Part shown: in pieces, positions 18,265 to 28,506 of the stretch
Layout of the letters: each line of letters opens with the position of its first letter
Numbering within the stretch: position 1 is the first letter of the stretch
From: Candidatus Microgenomates bacterium
Lineage (GTDB): Bacteria; Patescibacteriota; Microgenomatia; UBA8517
Assembly: GCA_049519355.1 (NCBI GenBank)
Contig: JBEKQV010000003.1
Coordinates: 19,646-83,645, forward strand
Length of the DNA: 64,000 nt
Reading direction: 5' to 3'
Made by a program: the position numbers and the translations under genes
Notes under the pieces: generated by a model
Seen by the model: only the letters and a program-made list of their open reading frames with translations
Databases searched by the model: none
Told to the model about the DNA's origin: nothing

Positions 18265-19950
18265 ATGTATATTCTTGGAATCTCCGCGTTTTATCATGAT
18301 AGTGCAGCATCCTTACTAAAAGATGGAGTGGTAATAACTGCAGTAGAAGAGGAGAGGTTTACAAGAATTAAACATGACAATTCTTTTCCATACAAAGCCA
18401 TTGAATATTGTCTTGTTAGTAATAATCTATCTATTAAGGATATTAATTATGTGGCTTATTATGAAAAACCACTTTTGAAATTTGAGAGGATTTTGGAAAC
18501 TTTTGTTGAAACCTATCCTTTTTCATTATATCCGTTTATAAAAGCTATACCGGAATGGTTGGGTGAAAAGATAAAGGTTGGTGCAATTATAAAGAAGAAA
18601 CTTGGATATAAAGGTGAAATATATTATATTCCCCATCATTTATCTCACGCTTCTGCAGCATTCTTTACCTCTCCTTTCAAGAGAGCGGCGATATTAACTG
18701 TGGACGGGGTTGGAGATGTATCAACCACGGATATGTGGATGGGGGAGTTAGGTAAAATAACAAATGTTGGCGAAATTTTCTTCCCAAACTCTTTAGGACT
18801 TTTTTACTCTACATTAACTGCCTTTTTGGGTTTTAGAGTAAATAGTGATGAATACAAAGTGATGGGTCTCGGTGCTTACGGTAATCCTACCTATAAACAA
18901 AAACTAGCACGATTGATTAAAATTAATGACGATGGCAGTTTCGAATTAGATTTAAGCTATTTTGCATTTCGGGAATCTTTTCGGATGTGGAGCAGAAAAT
19001 TTGAATCAGAATTTGGAAGCCATCGAAATCCGGGGGAACCAATAACTCAGCGACATAAGGATATGGCTGCCAGTTTACAAGTAGTTACTGAGGACGTTTA
19101 TTTTGGAATTCTCAATAATTTGTATAAAAAAACGCATATCAAAAACTTATGTATAAGTGGAGGTGTTGCATTAAACTCTCTTGCAAACGGGAAGATTTAT
19201 AAAAATACTAAATTTAGAAATATTTACGATTTTGGACCCGCCGGGGACAGTGGAACTTCTCTTGGCGCGGCACTCTTTTTATATACAAGTGTTTTGAAAC
19301 ATCCAAGACCAAAAGCTGTCAAAACGCTTTGCTTAGGATCCGAATATGCCGAGAGTTATATAGAGCATGTTTTGGAAAAAAATGGTCTGAAGTATGAGAA
19401 AATTGACAACCAAAAGATGTTAATTGACAAAGTTGCGCATAACCTTAAAAAGAACGACGTAATCGGATGGTTTCAAGGAAGAATGGAGTTTGGCCCGAGG
19501 GCTTTAGGATCCCGATCCATTTTAGCAAACCCGAAATCTGCAGGCATGAAGGATGTTGTTAATAAAATTAAGAAACGCGAAAGCTTCCGTCCATTTGCGG
19601 CATCAGTGCTTCAGGAGAAAGTTCAAGAACTCTTTGATGTACCAGAAAAGAACCACAAGTCACCCTATATGAACTTTTGTTTTGAGGTAAAAGATGAAGC
19701 AAAAAGAAATATTGCGGCAATAGTTCATGAAGATGGTACATGCAGGATCCAAACGGTTTGTGAGGATAACGGCTTGTTTTATAAGTTAATAAAGCGATTC
19801 TATTTTCTAACTGGCATACCCTGCCTTTTAAATACAAGCTTTAATTTATCCGTTGAACCGATCGTTGAGAAACCGGAGCAGGCAATATATGATTTTACTA
19901 ATAGTTCTTTGGATGTGTTGGTGATAGGTAATTTTATTGTTACAAAGTGA
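18265..19950 (+). CDS. O-carbamoyltransferase (NodU/CmcH/SxtI family)
   Basis: ILGISAFYHDSAA, EEERFTRIKH, HHLSHA, EYKVMGL, GGVALN, EFGPRALGSRS, LLNTSFN; start at ATG 18265. Confidence 0.95.
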   Translation: MYILGISAFYHDSAASLLKDGVVITAVEEERFTRIKHDNSFPYKAIEYCLVSNNLSIKDINYVAYYEKPLLKFERILETFVETYPFSLYPFIKAIPEWLGEKIKVGAIIKKKLGYKGEIYYIPHHLSHASAAFFTSPFKRAAILTVDGVGDVSTTDMWMGELGKITNVGEIFFPNSLGLFYSTLTAFLGFRVNSDEYKVMGLGAYGNPTYKQKLARLIKINDDGSFELDLSYFAFRESFRMWSRKFESEFGSHRNPGEPITQRHKDMAASLQVVTEDVYFGILNNLYKKTHIKNLCISGGVALNSLANGKIYKNTKFRNIYDFGPAGDSGTSLGAALFLYTSVLKHPRPKAVKTLCLGSEYAESYIEHVLEKNGLKYEKIDNQKMLIDKVAHNLKKNDVIGWFQGRMEFGPRALGSRSILANPKSAGMKDVVNKIKKRESFRPFAASVLQEKVQELFDVPEKNHKSPYMNFCFEVKDEAKRNIAAIVHEDGTCRIQTVCEDNGLFYKLIKRFYFLTGIPCLLNTSFNLSVEPIVEKPEQAIYDFTNSSLDVLVIGNFIVTK

Positions 19951-19951
19951 T

Positions 19952-20947
19952 ATGAAATTAAACCGCAAAAAACTTGTAGGTATAATTACCGTCATTGAGA
20001 TTTTGGCGATTATAGGAATAGGCTTTTACATGTATAAACGGTGGGAGGCTGCAAAGTATGTTTTAAGTAAGGTGGTAGTTACGCCGATATCTAAAAACGT
20101 CCTACTTGATGAACCGACCTCTGAACTCAAATACTTTTATGAGTTGACGCCAAATAACAGTTGGAGCGATGAACCTTCGTGGTTGGGTTATAAAGCAGTA
20201 TATACGATTAATACAGATACGTTGAATGAACGTTACGATTATCAGTTGAAAAAACAGGACGGTGTTTTCCGGATTATAACTCTTGGAGACTCTTTTACTT
20301 TTGGGCAATATGTGAGTACGGCTGATAACTGGTCGGAGGTATTGGAAGACAGTTTAAACAGGTTGAACTGTAAAGGGATAAAAAAGTTTGAAGTAATTAA
20401 TTTAGGAGTACCAGGTTATGATGTTGAGTATATTGCACAAAGGTATGCAATAAGAGGGGAGAAGTATAACCCCGATTTAATTATTTGGCTCGAATCTGGC
20501 TCTGGTTTCAATCGGATTAATGAACTCCGTGTTCCCTATGAGCAGAAAATCGCCCAGACATTGACGCAACAGGAAATAGCTAACGCGCAAAAGCAGGGTG
20601 ATTACTGGTTAGCTTGGACTAAGGCAGATGGGGAAGTGTTTAAAAATTATACTGGTAGTCAGATAGCGGAAATTATTGGTAGGGCATGGCAAAAATTCTT
20701 TCTGTCGCGTGGAGATACGAAGGTTTTGGTTGCCACATTCCCCTACGTTACTACCGAACAACTGAAACAGTTGAATTTTTGGTTTCAGGGTCAGAAGAAT
20801 GTGTCAATATTTAACGATTTGCCCGATGTCCGTCTGTCAAATTTGCACGTAGCCGATGGCCATCCGAGTATAGAGGGTCATCAAATGATAGCGGAGAGCA
20901 TTCTAAATTACCTGAAGAATAGTTCTATTATTTCCTGCTCACCTTAA
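19952..20947 (+). CDS. Membrane-anchored SGNH/GDSL hydrolase-fold protein
   Basis: N-terminal TM; LGDSFTFG, NLGVPGY, DGHPS..GH. Confidence 0.85.
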   Translation: MKLNRKKLVGIITVIEILAIIGIGFYMYKRWEAAKYVLSKVVVTPISKNVLLDEPTSELKYFYELTPNNSWSDEPSWLGYKAVYTINTDTLNERYDYQLKKQDGVFRIITLGDSFTFGQYVSTADNWSEVLEDSLNRLNCKGIKKFEVINLGVPGYDVEYIAQRYAIRGEKYNPDLIIWLESGSGFNRINELRVPYEQKIAQTLTQQEIANAQKQGDYWLAWTKADGEVFKNYTGSQIAEIIGRAWQKFFLSRGDTKVLVATFPYVTTEQLKQLNFWFQGQKNVSIFNDLPDVRLSNLHVADGHPSIEGHQMIAESILNYLKNSSIISCSP

Positions 20948-20951
20948 ATTT

Positions 20952-23900
20952 TTAATCAAGCTTAAATGATACATCAGTTGTAAAAGATGGGGATGTGACA
21001 TTGCATCTTATTGCCGGGCATTCTTCTGTCTTAATGATATTCCCGGTTGATGGATTAAACCACTGTATTTCTCCCTCACTTTTTGTGGATATTGTTAAAG
21101 TAAACGTTGTAGGGGTAAACGGGCTAGAATAGTGATAAAAATACCCCGCATTAATACTGTCTGAAATTAGTCCGTATCCTCTTACTCCAAATTTATCGAG
21201 TGCATATTGAACACTTTTTGAATCTAATGGAAATGATTGTGAGAAATTTTGGAGTATGCGGGTATATGACCGCTCTACATCTCCTAAATAAATATTTGCG
21301 TTTAAATTTTCCCCCACTTTTATGTTGGTGGAGTCGGATTGATTCCAAAACATAAGTATGCCTTGTTGAAAGAAAGCTGTCCATGCACGAATTCGCATAC
21401 GATCTGCAGACGTTTGATCGTCGTTGGATTGGTAATTGCCCTGCTCTGCAAAGACCACTGGCTTTGGATAATTTTCGAATTGTTGAATGTGCTGGACAGT
21501 CGTTAAATCGGACTGCGATATGTTTTCGGTTTCATACCAGTGTGGGGCGATAATGTCCGAATCTCCGTAGTTATAAGGTTCTGAGCTTATGCTTATTGGT
21601 CTGTTTTCATAGTCAAGTGACCTTATTTCATCGGTAAGAAGCGTTGAAGTTGAGTCGGGGACGATAACCTCGTTAGCCAATTCCCAAATGTCAACATATG
21701 CGCCATATCTTGCAAAAACATAACGTATGTAAGACGTAAGTAAATATTGGGTGGCGGGATCTTGTGAACCTTTGAAGGGTATATCAAATCCAAAAAGGGT
21801 TAACCATACGTGGATATCATTATTTCTTAAAGATTCGACAAGGGTATCTCCGATTTTACCCTGAAGAATTGAATATTCAGTTGGAAAACCGAATTCATTC
21901 CAAAGTCCCATAGATGAGTTCAGCAAACTCCAACGAAACATGTTGAACCCCGCGCCGGCCGGGCCGTATGCGGAAATGTAATCATTCAAAGAGTTAATTT
22001 TGTCGCTTCTAAAAGAATTTGTGTAGCCGAATCCGTTTGGATTGGCGAGTGGAGTGCTGTTTCCGATTGCCCAATCGTCTAGTGGGGTACCGTCGTAATT
22101 GAAATCAATCATCGTATCTCCTATGCCCAATCCGTTAAATATGGTTTTACCATCAGTTGTCAAACGTTTAGGATTTGTAAGATTTGTACGTAGGTAGAAA
22201 TTTGAGGTATCAGTTGTTGATGTCAATTCACCGGTTTTTGTTAAGGTTTTACCATGAGGCACCCAAATTATTTTCCACGTCCATTTTCCTTTAAGTGGAG
22301 GGTTGAAGCGGACTTTCCATATATTTTGATCGTAATAAAATCCCGGTATTTCAACCACTCTTCCTGATTCATGAGTAAATACTGCTGTTAAGTCCGCCTC
22401 CCGCCACGGATTTACAAAAGTTCCACTCGATTTTAACGTCAACTCAAAAACGTTAACACTTGCAATTTTTGTGAATGATTGGGAAACTTCAAATTGCTGA
22501 TCACCGGAAGTTAAATCCGGTAAGCCGGTATTATCATTGATCTTGTAAATTACGCCATCGGAAGTGGCAAAAAATATGTATTTGCCGCTTAGATACGGGT
22601 CTATGTTAGAACTTGTAGGGGCATTTGCAGAAAATTCCCAAGATGTTTTCCCTGTACCCCCGTTTATATAAAAAAGATCACCAGACTGATTGCTTACAAA
22701 ATAATCTGGTGTAAACGGGTTTAACCACCCAGGTATAAGTCCCGCTAACACGGGTTTAATAAGTGCTGGGCTATTAACAAAACCCAGGCTTGGTACTTCT
22801 GCTGATTTTTTCCCGGATGCAAGGGATAATGTGATAGCTTTTCCGTCTTGACTTGTCAGCATCGCTTTGGATTTCCAGAATGAGGGATAATTTAAACCTT
22901 GTCCGAGCTCGTCTGACTGCCAGATAATTGCTCCAGTTTTACCGTCTCTTCTAACAACCGTTCCGTCTTCATGCACCTCAAAATATGCAATTGGTCCTAT
23001 TGAAAACCAATTGTGAATATAGTTGTTTATATTGGCTAGGTATTGCAATATCGGGTTATCAGAGGTTGAGAAAGATGACATTACTGTTGTGGATGAAATC
23101 GGGGATCCGCTTGTAACTTCCCAGAGGATTTTACCGGTATATTTATCAAGGGCTATAGATTTGTTGGAATTTGTGGCTATAAAAAGATATTTGCCGTAAA
23201 GTTCAGGGCCGTTGGTCATAAGGTCACCAATATCGGTTTTCCATAAAATCTTGCCTGTATTTAGGCGAAGCGCATAAAGTGTTTTATCGCGGCTGGCAAC
23301 GTAAACAGTATTGTTTGCTACAGTTAAATCGCCGAAGTAATATATTCCCCAACCGTTAATTACGGAAGAGAGGGTATATAAAGGTTTTGGGGTAAATTTC
23401 CATAAGAGTTTTCCGTCGCTTAGTCTCAGAGCGCTTAATGAGCCGTCTTCGCTTGCAGCAAGGACGTAGTTTTTATAGATTGTAGCTTTTTGAAAAAAGT
23501 ACTGATTGTCTGTCGAAACCTGCCAAATCACTTTTTGATTTCCAATATTTATAAGCCAGACCTTATCGTCAGAAATTGCCAGGATGTTATTTCCGGATAT
23601 TGCTTGTGGTGTTACATTACCGTTTAGATCAAGAATTTGTGTTTTTCCTTGTATTGAGGTATTCGTGAAGTATAGTTTTTTATCATTCGTTCCAAAAATT
23701 AAAGTGTTATCCTTTTTAAACAGCTGACCTTGTATTTCACCATCAGCGACGAACGAGGACCATGTGTTTGAAGATCTTTCATGTATAAATAAAAATATAC
23801 CAAATAGGAGTAGACAAAATCCAAGAAGTGCAAGTATTTTATTATTGTACCTTTTGAAAAAGGTTGAGGTTTTGCGAGGCTTAGACATAAGGGTATTATA

Positions 23901-24974
23901 AACTGACAAGGTTTGCGTTGCCATTCTTTTCCAACTGAATTCTTTAGCTCTTTTTTTACCTCTGGTTATAAGTTTATTTCTTAAGGGTTGATCTGTGGTA
24001 ATTTTTAACATAGCGCTAAAGATTTCGCGGGTTGATGTGGGATTTATCAAGATGGCGGCGTTGCCAGCGACCTCTTTCGTGGCGCCATAGTTTGAAGTAA
24101 TGACGGGACAACCGCAATTCATTGCTTCCAAGATAGGAAGACCAAATCCTTCGTAAAGAGAGGGGTATAAAAAGCAAGTGGCTGATTGATACATTTTTTT
24201 TAATTCATTATCGTTGGGAGCTATTATTATTTTTATCCAATCAGATATTGAATAAATTTTAGCTTGTCGCAGAAAGTGCGCTGCCTCTTTTTTCGTTGAG
24301 ACTATTACTTTCAGTTTCTGTTTGTTTTTAAAATCTGGTGGAAATTGTGAATATGCGGAAAAAATGGTTTTTAAATTTTTTCTGGGAGAAAAATCGCCCA
24401 TGCATAAAAAGTACTTATTTTGAATTGCTTTACTTCCGGTGTCTGTAAAAATAGGGGAGACTGCTTCATGTATGACCCGTATATTTTTTCGCATTTTCCA
24501 TTTGCTTAGATATTTTTTCAAATCGCCCAGTGTATTTTTAGAAACAGAGATAAGAACTTTCGAATTTCGGAATAGAAAATATCTTGTTAACTCCGAATAA
24601 TATCTTTGTAGAAAATATTTAATACTTCTAAATGTAGGGTACACGGTTCCCAAATCCAGGTCATGTACCGTGGTAACTGTGTTTGGATATTTCCACAAAA
24701 TTGAGCCATATGGTTCGGTGTTGTGAAACACGTCTACCATTTCTTTTCGTACAGCAATCGGTAAAAAGAACTGACGTTTTAGTATTGGGAAATTTGGTAT
24801 CTTTACAGTTCTGAAATTCTTTTGATCGGGAATAACTATATTTTTTGATGCAAAAAGAATATATGTATTTATTTTATCTATAGAGGCGAGACCGTTTATA
24901 AGTTCTTCTACATAGCGTTTTGTCCCATGTTGATAAGGTCTTGTTAAAGCGTTTACATCTATACCTATTTTCAT
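20952..24974 (-). CDS. Multidomain GT4 - TM - PQQ-like beta-propeller - DUF5060-like - clan GH-A glycoside hydrolase fusion
   Basis: YEGFGLPILEAM (GT4); TM near aa 380-397; DGKLLWKF/TGKILW repeats; FVNPW..GFYY..WKVRF; WELANE and FAEQG. Confidence 0.8.
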   Translation of the reverse strand: MKIGIDVNALTRPYQHGTKRYVEELINGLASIDKINTYILFASKNIVIPDQKNFRTVKIPNFPILKRQFFLPIAVRKEMVDVFHNTEPYGSILWKYPNTVTTVHDLDLGTVYPTFRSIKYFLQRYYSELTRYFLFRNSKVLISVSKNTLGDLKKYLSKWKMRKNIRVIHEAVSPIFTDTGSKAIQNKYFLCMGDFSPRKNLKTIFSAYSQFPPDFKNKQKLKVIVSTKKEAAHFLRQAKIYSISDWIKIIIAPNDNELKKMYQSATCFLYPSLYEGFGLPILEAMNCGCPVITSNYGATKEVAGNAAILINPTSTREIFSAMLKITTDQPLRNKLITRGKKRAKEFSWKRMATQTLSVYNTLMSKPRKTSTFFKRYNNKILALLGFCLLLFGIFLFIHERSSNTWSSFVADGEIQGQLFKKDNTLIFGTNDKKLYFTNTSIQGKTQILDLNGNVTPQAISGNNILAISDDKVWLINIGNQKVIWQVSTDNQYFFQKATIYKNYVLAASEDGSLSALRLSDGKLLWKFTPKPLYTLSSVINGWGIYYFGDLTVANNTVYVASRDKTLYALRLNTGKILWKTDIGDLMTNGPELYGKYLFIATNSNKSIALDKYTGKILWEVTSGSPISSTTVMSSFSTSDNPILQYLANINNYIHNWFSIGPIAYFEVHEDGTVVRRDGKTGAIIWQSDELGQGLNYPSFWKSKAMLTSQDGKAITLSLASGKKSAEVPSLGFVNSPALIKPVLAGLIPGWLNPFTPDYFVSNQSGDLFYINGGTGKTSWEFSANAPTSSNIDPYLSGKYIFFATSDGVIYKINDNTGLPDLTSGDQQFEVSQSFTKIASVNVFELTLKSSGTFVNPWREADLTAVFTHESGRVVEIPGFYYDQNIWKVRFNPPLKGKWTWKIIWVPHGKTLTKTGELTSTTDTSNFYLRTNLTNPKRLTTDGKTIFNGLGIGDTMIDFNYDGTPLDDWAIGNSTPLANPNGFGYTNSFRSDKINSLNDYISAYGPAGAGFNMFRWSLLNSSMGLWNEFGFPTEYSILQGKIGDTLVESLRNNDIHVWLTLFGFDIPFKGSQDPATQYLLTSYIRYVFARYGAYVDIWELANEVIVPDSTSTLLTDEIRSLDYENRPISISSEPYNYGDSDIIAPHWYETENISQSDLTTVQHIQQFENYPKPVVFAEQGNYQSNDDQTSADRMRIRAWTAFFQQGILMFWNQSDSTNIKVGENLNANIYLGDVERSYTRILQNFSQSFPLDSKSVQYALDKFGVRGYGLISDSINAGYFYHYSSPFTPTTFTLTISTKSEGEIQWFNPSTGNIIKTEECPAIRCNVTSPSFTTDVSFKLD

Positions 24975-26128
24975 AAATAAATATTCTTTATAACTTTTCC
25001 GAAAGAAGCTAAAGCCTGGGCTTCGGAAAATCTTTTAGCGAGTTTAATGGATCTCTTTCCCAATACTTTTCTGTTATTGGTCGGCATACTAAAAAATGTA
25101 TTTAGCTTAAGTAGGATTTCCTCCGGGGAATCGTTTTTAAGAATAAGGGTGCTGTCTAGTTTGCCGAGTAATTCCTTAAGATTTCCTACGGGTGTCCCAA
25201 TTACGGGAGTTCCTGAAGCAAGCGATTCTAAAACGACAAGCGGCGAATTTTCCAACTTTGACGGAAGTACTAATACATCTGAGTTTTTGTAGTATTGAAT
25301 TAAGTTGTGCTTCGGTGGATCTTTTTTAATTCTTGTGTTTTTTTTGACTCCAAGATGTTTGATTAGGGAAATCATCTTTCTTTCCATCCCCGGTTCGGCA
25401 CTTGAGGAAGGGTACACTACAAAGAGTAGAGCTTTTGAGTTTGTCTGAATAAATTTAGCGAAAGCTTTGATTAAATTGAGTACACCCTTATATTCAAACA
25501 GTCTTCCGGCATATAGAATTACGTGACGGCCCACCGGTACTTTGTTATTCCTGGAATAAAAACAATTGGTTACTATATTCTGAACTATATATATTTTTTT
25601 AGGATTTAGCAGTGGGTTATTGGTCAAAAGATATTGCTTTGCGTATAAGGACGGGACGATGACGGCATTTGAAAATGACCATGAGAATTTTTCAAAAAGT
25701 TTTGTAAAAATTTGTCGATAGTTATATTTTTGTATTCCGAGATCGGACACACTTCTTGTTCCGTGGAATGTAAATATCACCTTTGCATGTTTTCCTGAAA
25801 CGCTTATTGCCGACAACGCCGTTAGGTAATCGGCGCTCATAATAAAATTAATATTGTTTTGTTTAAGCGTTTGCTTTATTTGTTTTCGAACTTCTAAAAA
25901 ATTGTTGACGTTGTTTGGAAGAAAAGTAAACCTACCTTTTGAGTTAATTTTTTTTAGAAACGATTTTTCTCTGAAAAGCTTGAGATCCGGTTTAAATTTT
26001 TTCTTAAAGGCAATTAGATAAAAGTTGGATCCTGGGTTAGCTGCTTTAAATGCCTCATAAAGTCTTGTTAATGCCACCCATTCACCTCCTTCAGTCAGCT
26101 CGGCTAGAACAAGAAAATTATATTTCAT
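24971..26128 (-). CDS. GT4 glycosyltransferase
   Basis: YAGRL..YKG, LPSKLENSPLVVLESLASGTPVI. Confidence 0.9.
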   Translation of the reverse strand: MKYNFLVLAELTEGGEWVALTRLYEAFKAANPGSNFYLIAFKKKFKPDLKLFREKSFLKKINSKGRFTFLPNNVNNFLEVRKQIKQTLKQNNINFIMSADYLTALSAISVSGKHAKVIFTFHGTRSVSDLGIQKYNYRQIFTKLFEKFSWSFSNAVIVPSLYAKQYLLTNNPLLNPKKIYIVQNIVTNCFYSRNNKVPVGRHVILYAGRLFEYKGVLNLIKAFAKFIQTNSKALLFVVYPSSSAEPGMERKMISLIKHLGVKKNTRIKKDPPKHNLIQYYKNSDVLVLPSKLENSPLVVLESLASGTPVIGTPVGNLKELLGKLDSTLILKNDSPEEILLKLNTFFSMPTNNRKVLGKRSIKLAKRFSEAQALASFGKVIKNIYL

Positions 26129-26152
26129 TGCGATATAATGCCCCTAGCATAA

Positions 26153-27676
26153 ATGAAGTCGGCAATTTTAACAAGTTTAAAAAGGCGAATTCTATCAAGT
26201 TCTGAAAACTATATTTTATTTGTTTTTTTTCTTGCGGACCTAACTTTTCTTATAAAAATTGTTGGCGGAAATGCATGGGTGACTATTTTTTTCTTTCTTC
26301 TTCTTATTGTATTGATTTGGATAAAAATACGTGACTGGGCGCTTAGTTCGTTACTTGTTACAATTTTCTCTTTTCAATTTTATCTACCGAATAAATATTA
26401 TCCCATTGAGGTTTTTAGACCATATGAACTGCAGCCGGGTTTTGGACCTTATTTTTTGAGTTACGGCATAAATTTGGAAAATATTTTTTTGTTAATTACG
26501 CTAATCCTGATTATCAGGAATCTAATTTTAAAAAAGTCGGTTTTTCCAAAAAAAAGTATAACTTACATTTTACCGGCGATATTTTCCGCGATATTGTTTT
26601 TTCTTATTTCTCTTTATTCCTCTCTTAGATTTTCGCCATATTCAAGTTTGTCAGTAACATGGCTTTTACAGGACATACAGTTGTTTTTAGTTGGTTTTTC
26701 GGTATTTTATGTATTTTTTAAAAAACGCAGTGATTTAAAATTGATTTCTCCTGTAATTCTTTCATCCATAGTTCTTCAATCAGCCGTTTCGATTATCCAA
26801 TTTGTAAAACAATCTTGGGCGGGTTTACCTATTGAGAGCTTTATTGTTGAAACGATTTATTACGGGTCTCCTGATGCTGTGCATTCGTATTTTCGTGTTG
26901 CCGGAACATTCGGACATCCGAATCAATTGGCATTAATTCTTTGCGCAATGCTTGTTTTAATTCTCCCGCAAGTTATAGGAGAGAGAAAACCTGTTTATAT
27001 ATTGGGGTCATTTATTACCGTTTTGGTAATTCTTTTGACCCAAAGCCGTTCGGGGTGGTTGGCTCTTTTTGTGGTTATTCTTCTTACGACAATCATTTAT
27101 AGAAATGAATTGTTAAAACCCGTTTCCAAACTGGCGATTAGACGAATAGCTGTCTCGATTACACTTGTGATTGCGGTGACGCTTGCGGTTGCTGTTCCCC
27201 GGATTGTTGCAAGTTTTAACGCGTTTTATCAAAATGCCGGTTTTCCTCTAAGAATTGAAATGGCTAAAGAAGCAATCTTGGCAATAGCTCAAAACCCTTG
27301 GCTGGGGTATGGGATGGGTACCAATGAACCGGTTTTGTTCAGGTTATTTCCAATGGGTTACATTTATTCATTTCCAGCACCCATTCATATGGCATATTTA
27401 CAAATGATTTTGGAGAGTGGTATTCTTGGATTTCTTTTCTTTATGTTTCCTTTTGTTTATATAATCAGGTGTATAATCAACCGGTTCTTGTTATACGGAG
27501 CTAAAAAAATAGCAAGGGCCAAAAATTATATTTTTATTACACTCGCGGGGATTTCAGCTTTTGGTTCTTTTTATCTTTTCCTCCCATATGAGGGATTCAG
27601 GGAGTTTGCATATCTGGGGATAATATTCGGTTATGGTATGATATGTCTCCAGCCATTTAAAGCTTTTCCAAAATGA
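26153..27676 (+). CDS. O-antigen ligase/Wzy_C-like membrane protein
   Basis: RVAGTFGHPNQ, LTQSRSGW, PWLGYG, H..YLQ...E.GILG. Confidence 0.85.
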   Translation: MKSAILTSLKRRILSSSENYILFVFFLADLTFLIKIVGGNAWVTIFFFLLLIVLIWIKIRDWALSSLLVTIFSFQFYLPNKYYPIEVFRPYELQPGFGPYFLSYGINLENIFLLITLILIIRNLILKKSVFPKKSITYILPAIFSAILFFLISLYSSLRFSPYSSLSVTWLLQDIQLFLVGFSVFYVFFKKRSDLKLISPVILSSIVLQSAVSIIQFVKQSWAGLPIESFIVETIYYGSPDAVHSYFRVAGTFGHPNQLALILCAMLVLILPQVIGERKPVYILGSFITVLVILLTQSRSGWLALFVVILLTTIIYRNELLKPVSKLAIRRIAVSITLVIAVTLAVAVPRIVASFNAFYQNAGFPLRIEMAKEAILAIAQNPWLGYGMGTNEPVLFRLFPMGYIYSFPAPIHMAYLQMILESGILGFLFFMFPFVYIIRCIINRFLLYGAKKIARAKNYIFITLAGISAFGSFYLFLPYEGFREFAYLGIIFGYGMICLQPFKAFPK

Positions 27677-28506
27677 AACACATAACTATCTTTAAGAGAA
27701 AAGTGACGTATTTTGATTTTATTTTGGGAGGCGTATTTATAATAGTAATGCTTGGGGTTTTCCTGTTTTTATATAGAAAAAACGAATACGTAAATATCCG
27801 TGTAAAAGTAACGGATCAGGATGTTCTTTACGCATCTACCGATCCAAAAAGCTGGTATGCTAACCGATTTGAAGTGGGGGATATTGAATTGGACGAACTT
27901 GGGAGGACGATAAGCCAGATAACCGGCGTTGAAACTTTTAATATGAGTCCGGATACAAAAGCTGTTTATCTGGACATTAAGATTAAAGCGGTTTATGACA
28001 GACGTACAAAATTGTATTCGGCGCGGGGAATCAATCTAACTTTTGGAAACACGATCAGATTTAATTTTTCTAACGCCTCTTTTTATGCATTGATTACAGA
28101 ATCGCCTGGCACATTAAATCAAAAAGATCTAACGGTTGAGGAAAAGGAAATAACCGTTTTGGAACGGGGGCCTGCTTTAAACTCTTCAGCCGATTCGATT
28201 GAACCCGAAGTTTTGGAAAAGATTAAAAAGGGAGATGAGATTACCGATTCAAACGGAGATACCTTGGCGGAGGTCGAAAACGTGGTCCTTAGGCCCGGCC
28301 AACGGGTTGTACAAAACGCTGCTGGAAACCTTCTTCTCAGATATGACCCTTACTACAAGGATGCAATAATTACACTTAAAATACGGGTTGAAAAATATAA
28401 AGGAGATGAATTTGTTTTTGATAATGTTCCTTTAAAGCTCGGTTCCTATTTACCGTTAAATTTCACTTATGAAAGTATCTGGCCTGTTATAACGGATATT
28501 AAATAA
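27673..28506 (+). CDS. Membrane-anchored protein with tandem DUF4330-like domains
   Basis: N-terminal TM; two repeats of GD..xDxxG...A.I/V..V. Confidence 0.5.
   Translation: MKHITIFKRKVTYFDFILGGVFIIVMLGVFLFLYRKNEYVNIRVKVTDQDVLYASTDPKSWYANRFEVGDIELDELGRTISQITGVETFNMSPDTKAVYLDIKIKAVYDRRTKLYSARGINLTFGNTIRFNFSNASFYALITESPGTLNQKDLTVEEKEITVLERGPALNSSADSIEPEVLEKIKKGDEITDSNGDTLAEVENVVLRPGQRVVQNAAGNLLLRYDPYYKDAIITLKIRVEKYKGDEFVFDNVPLKLGSYLPLNFTYESIWPVITDIK

Noticed and set aside
17929-19950. Saxitoxin biosynthesis cluster
   Set aside because: Only the widespread I/J/K-like unit is present; no sxtA/sxtG-like genes
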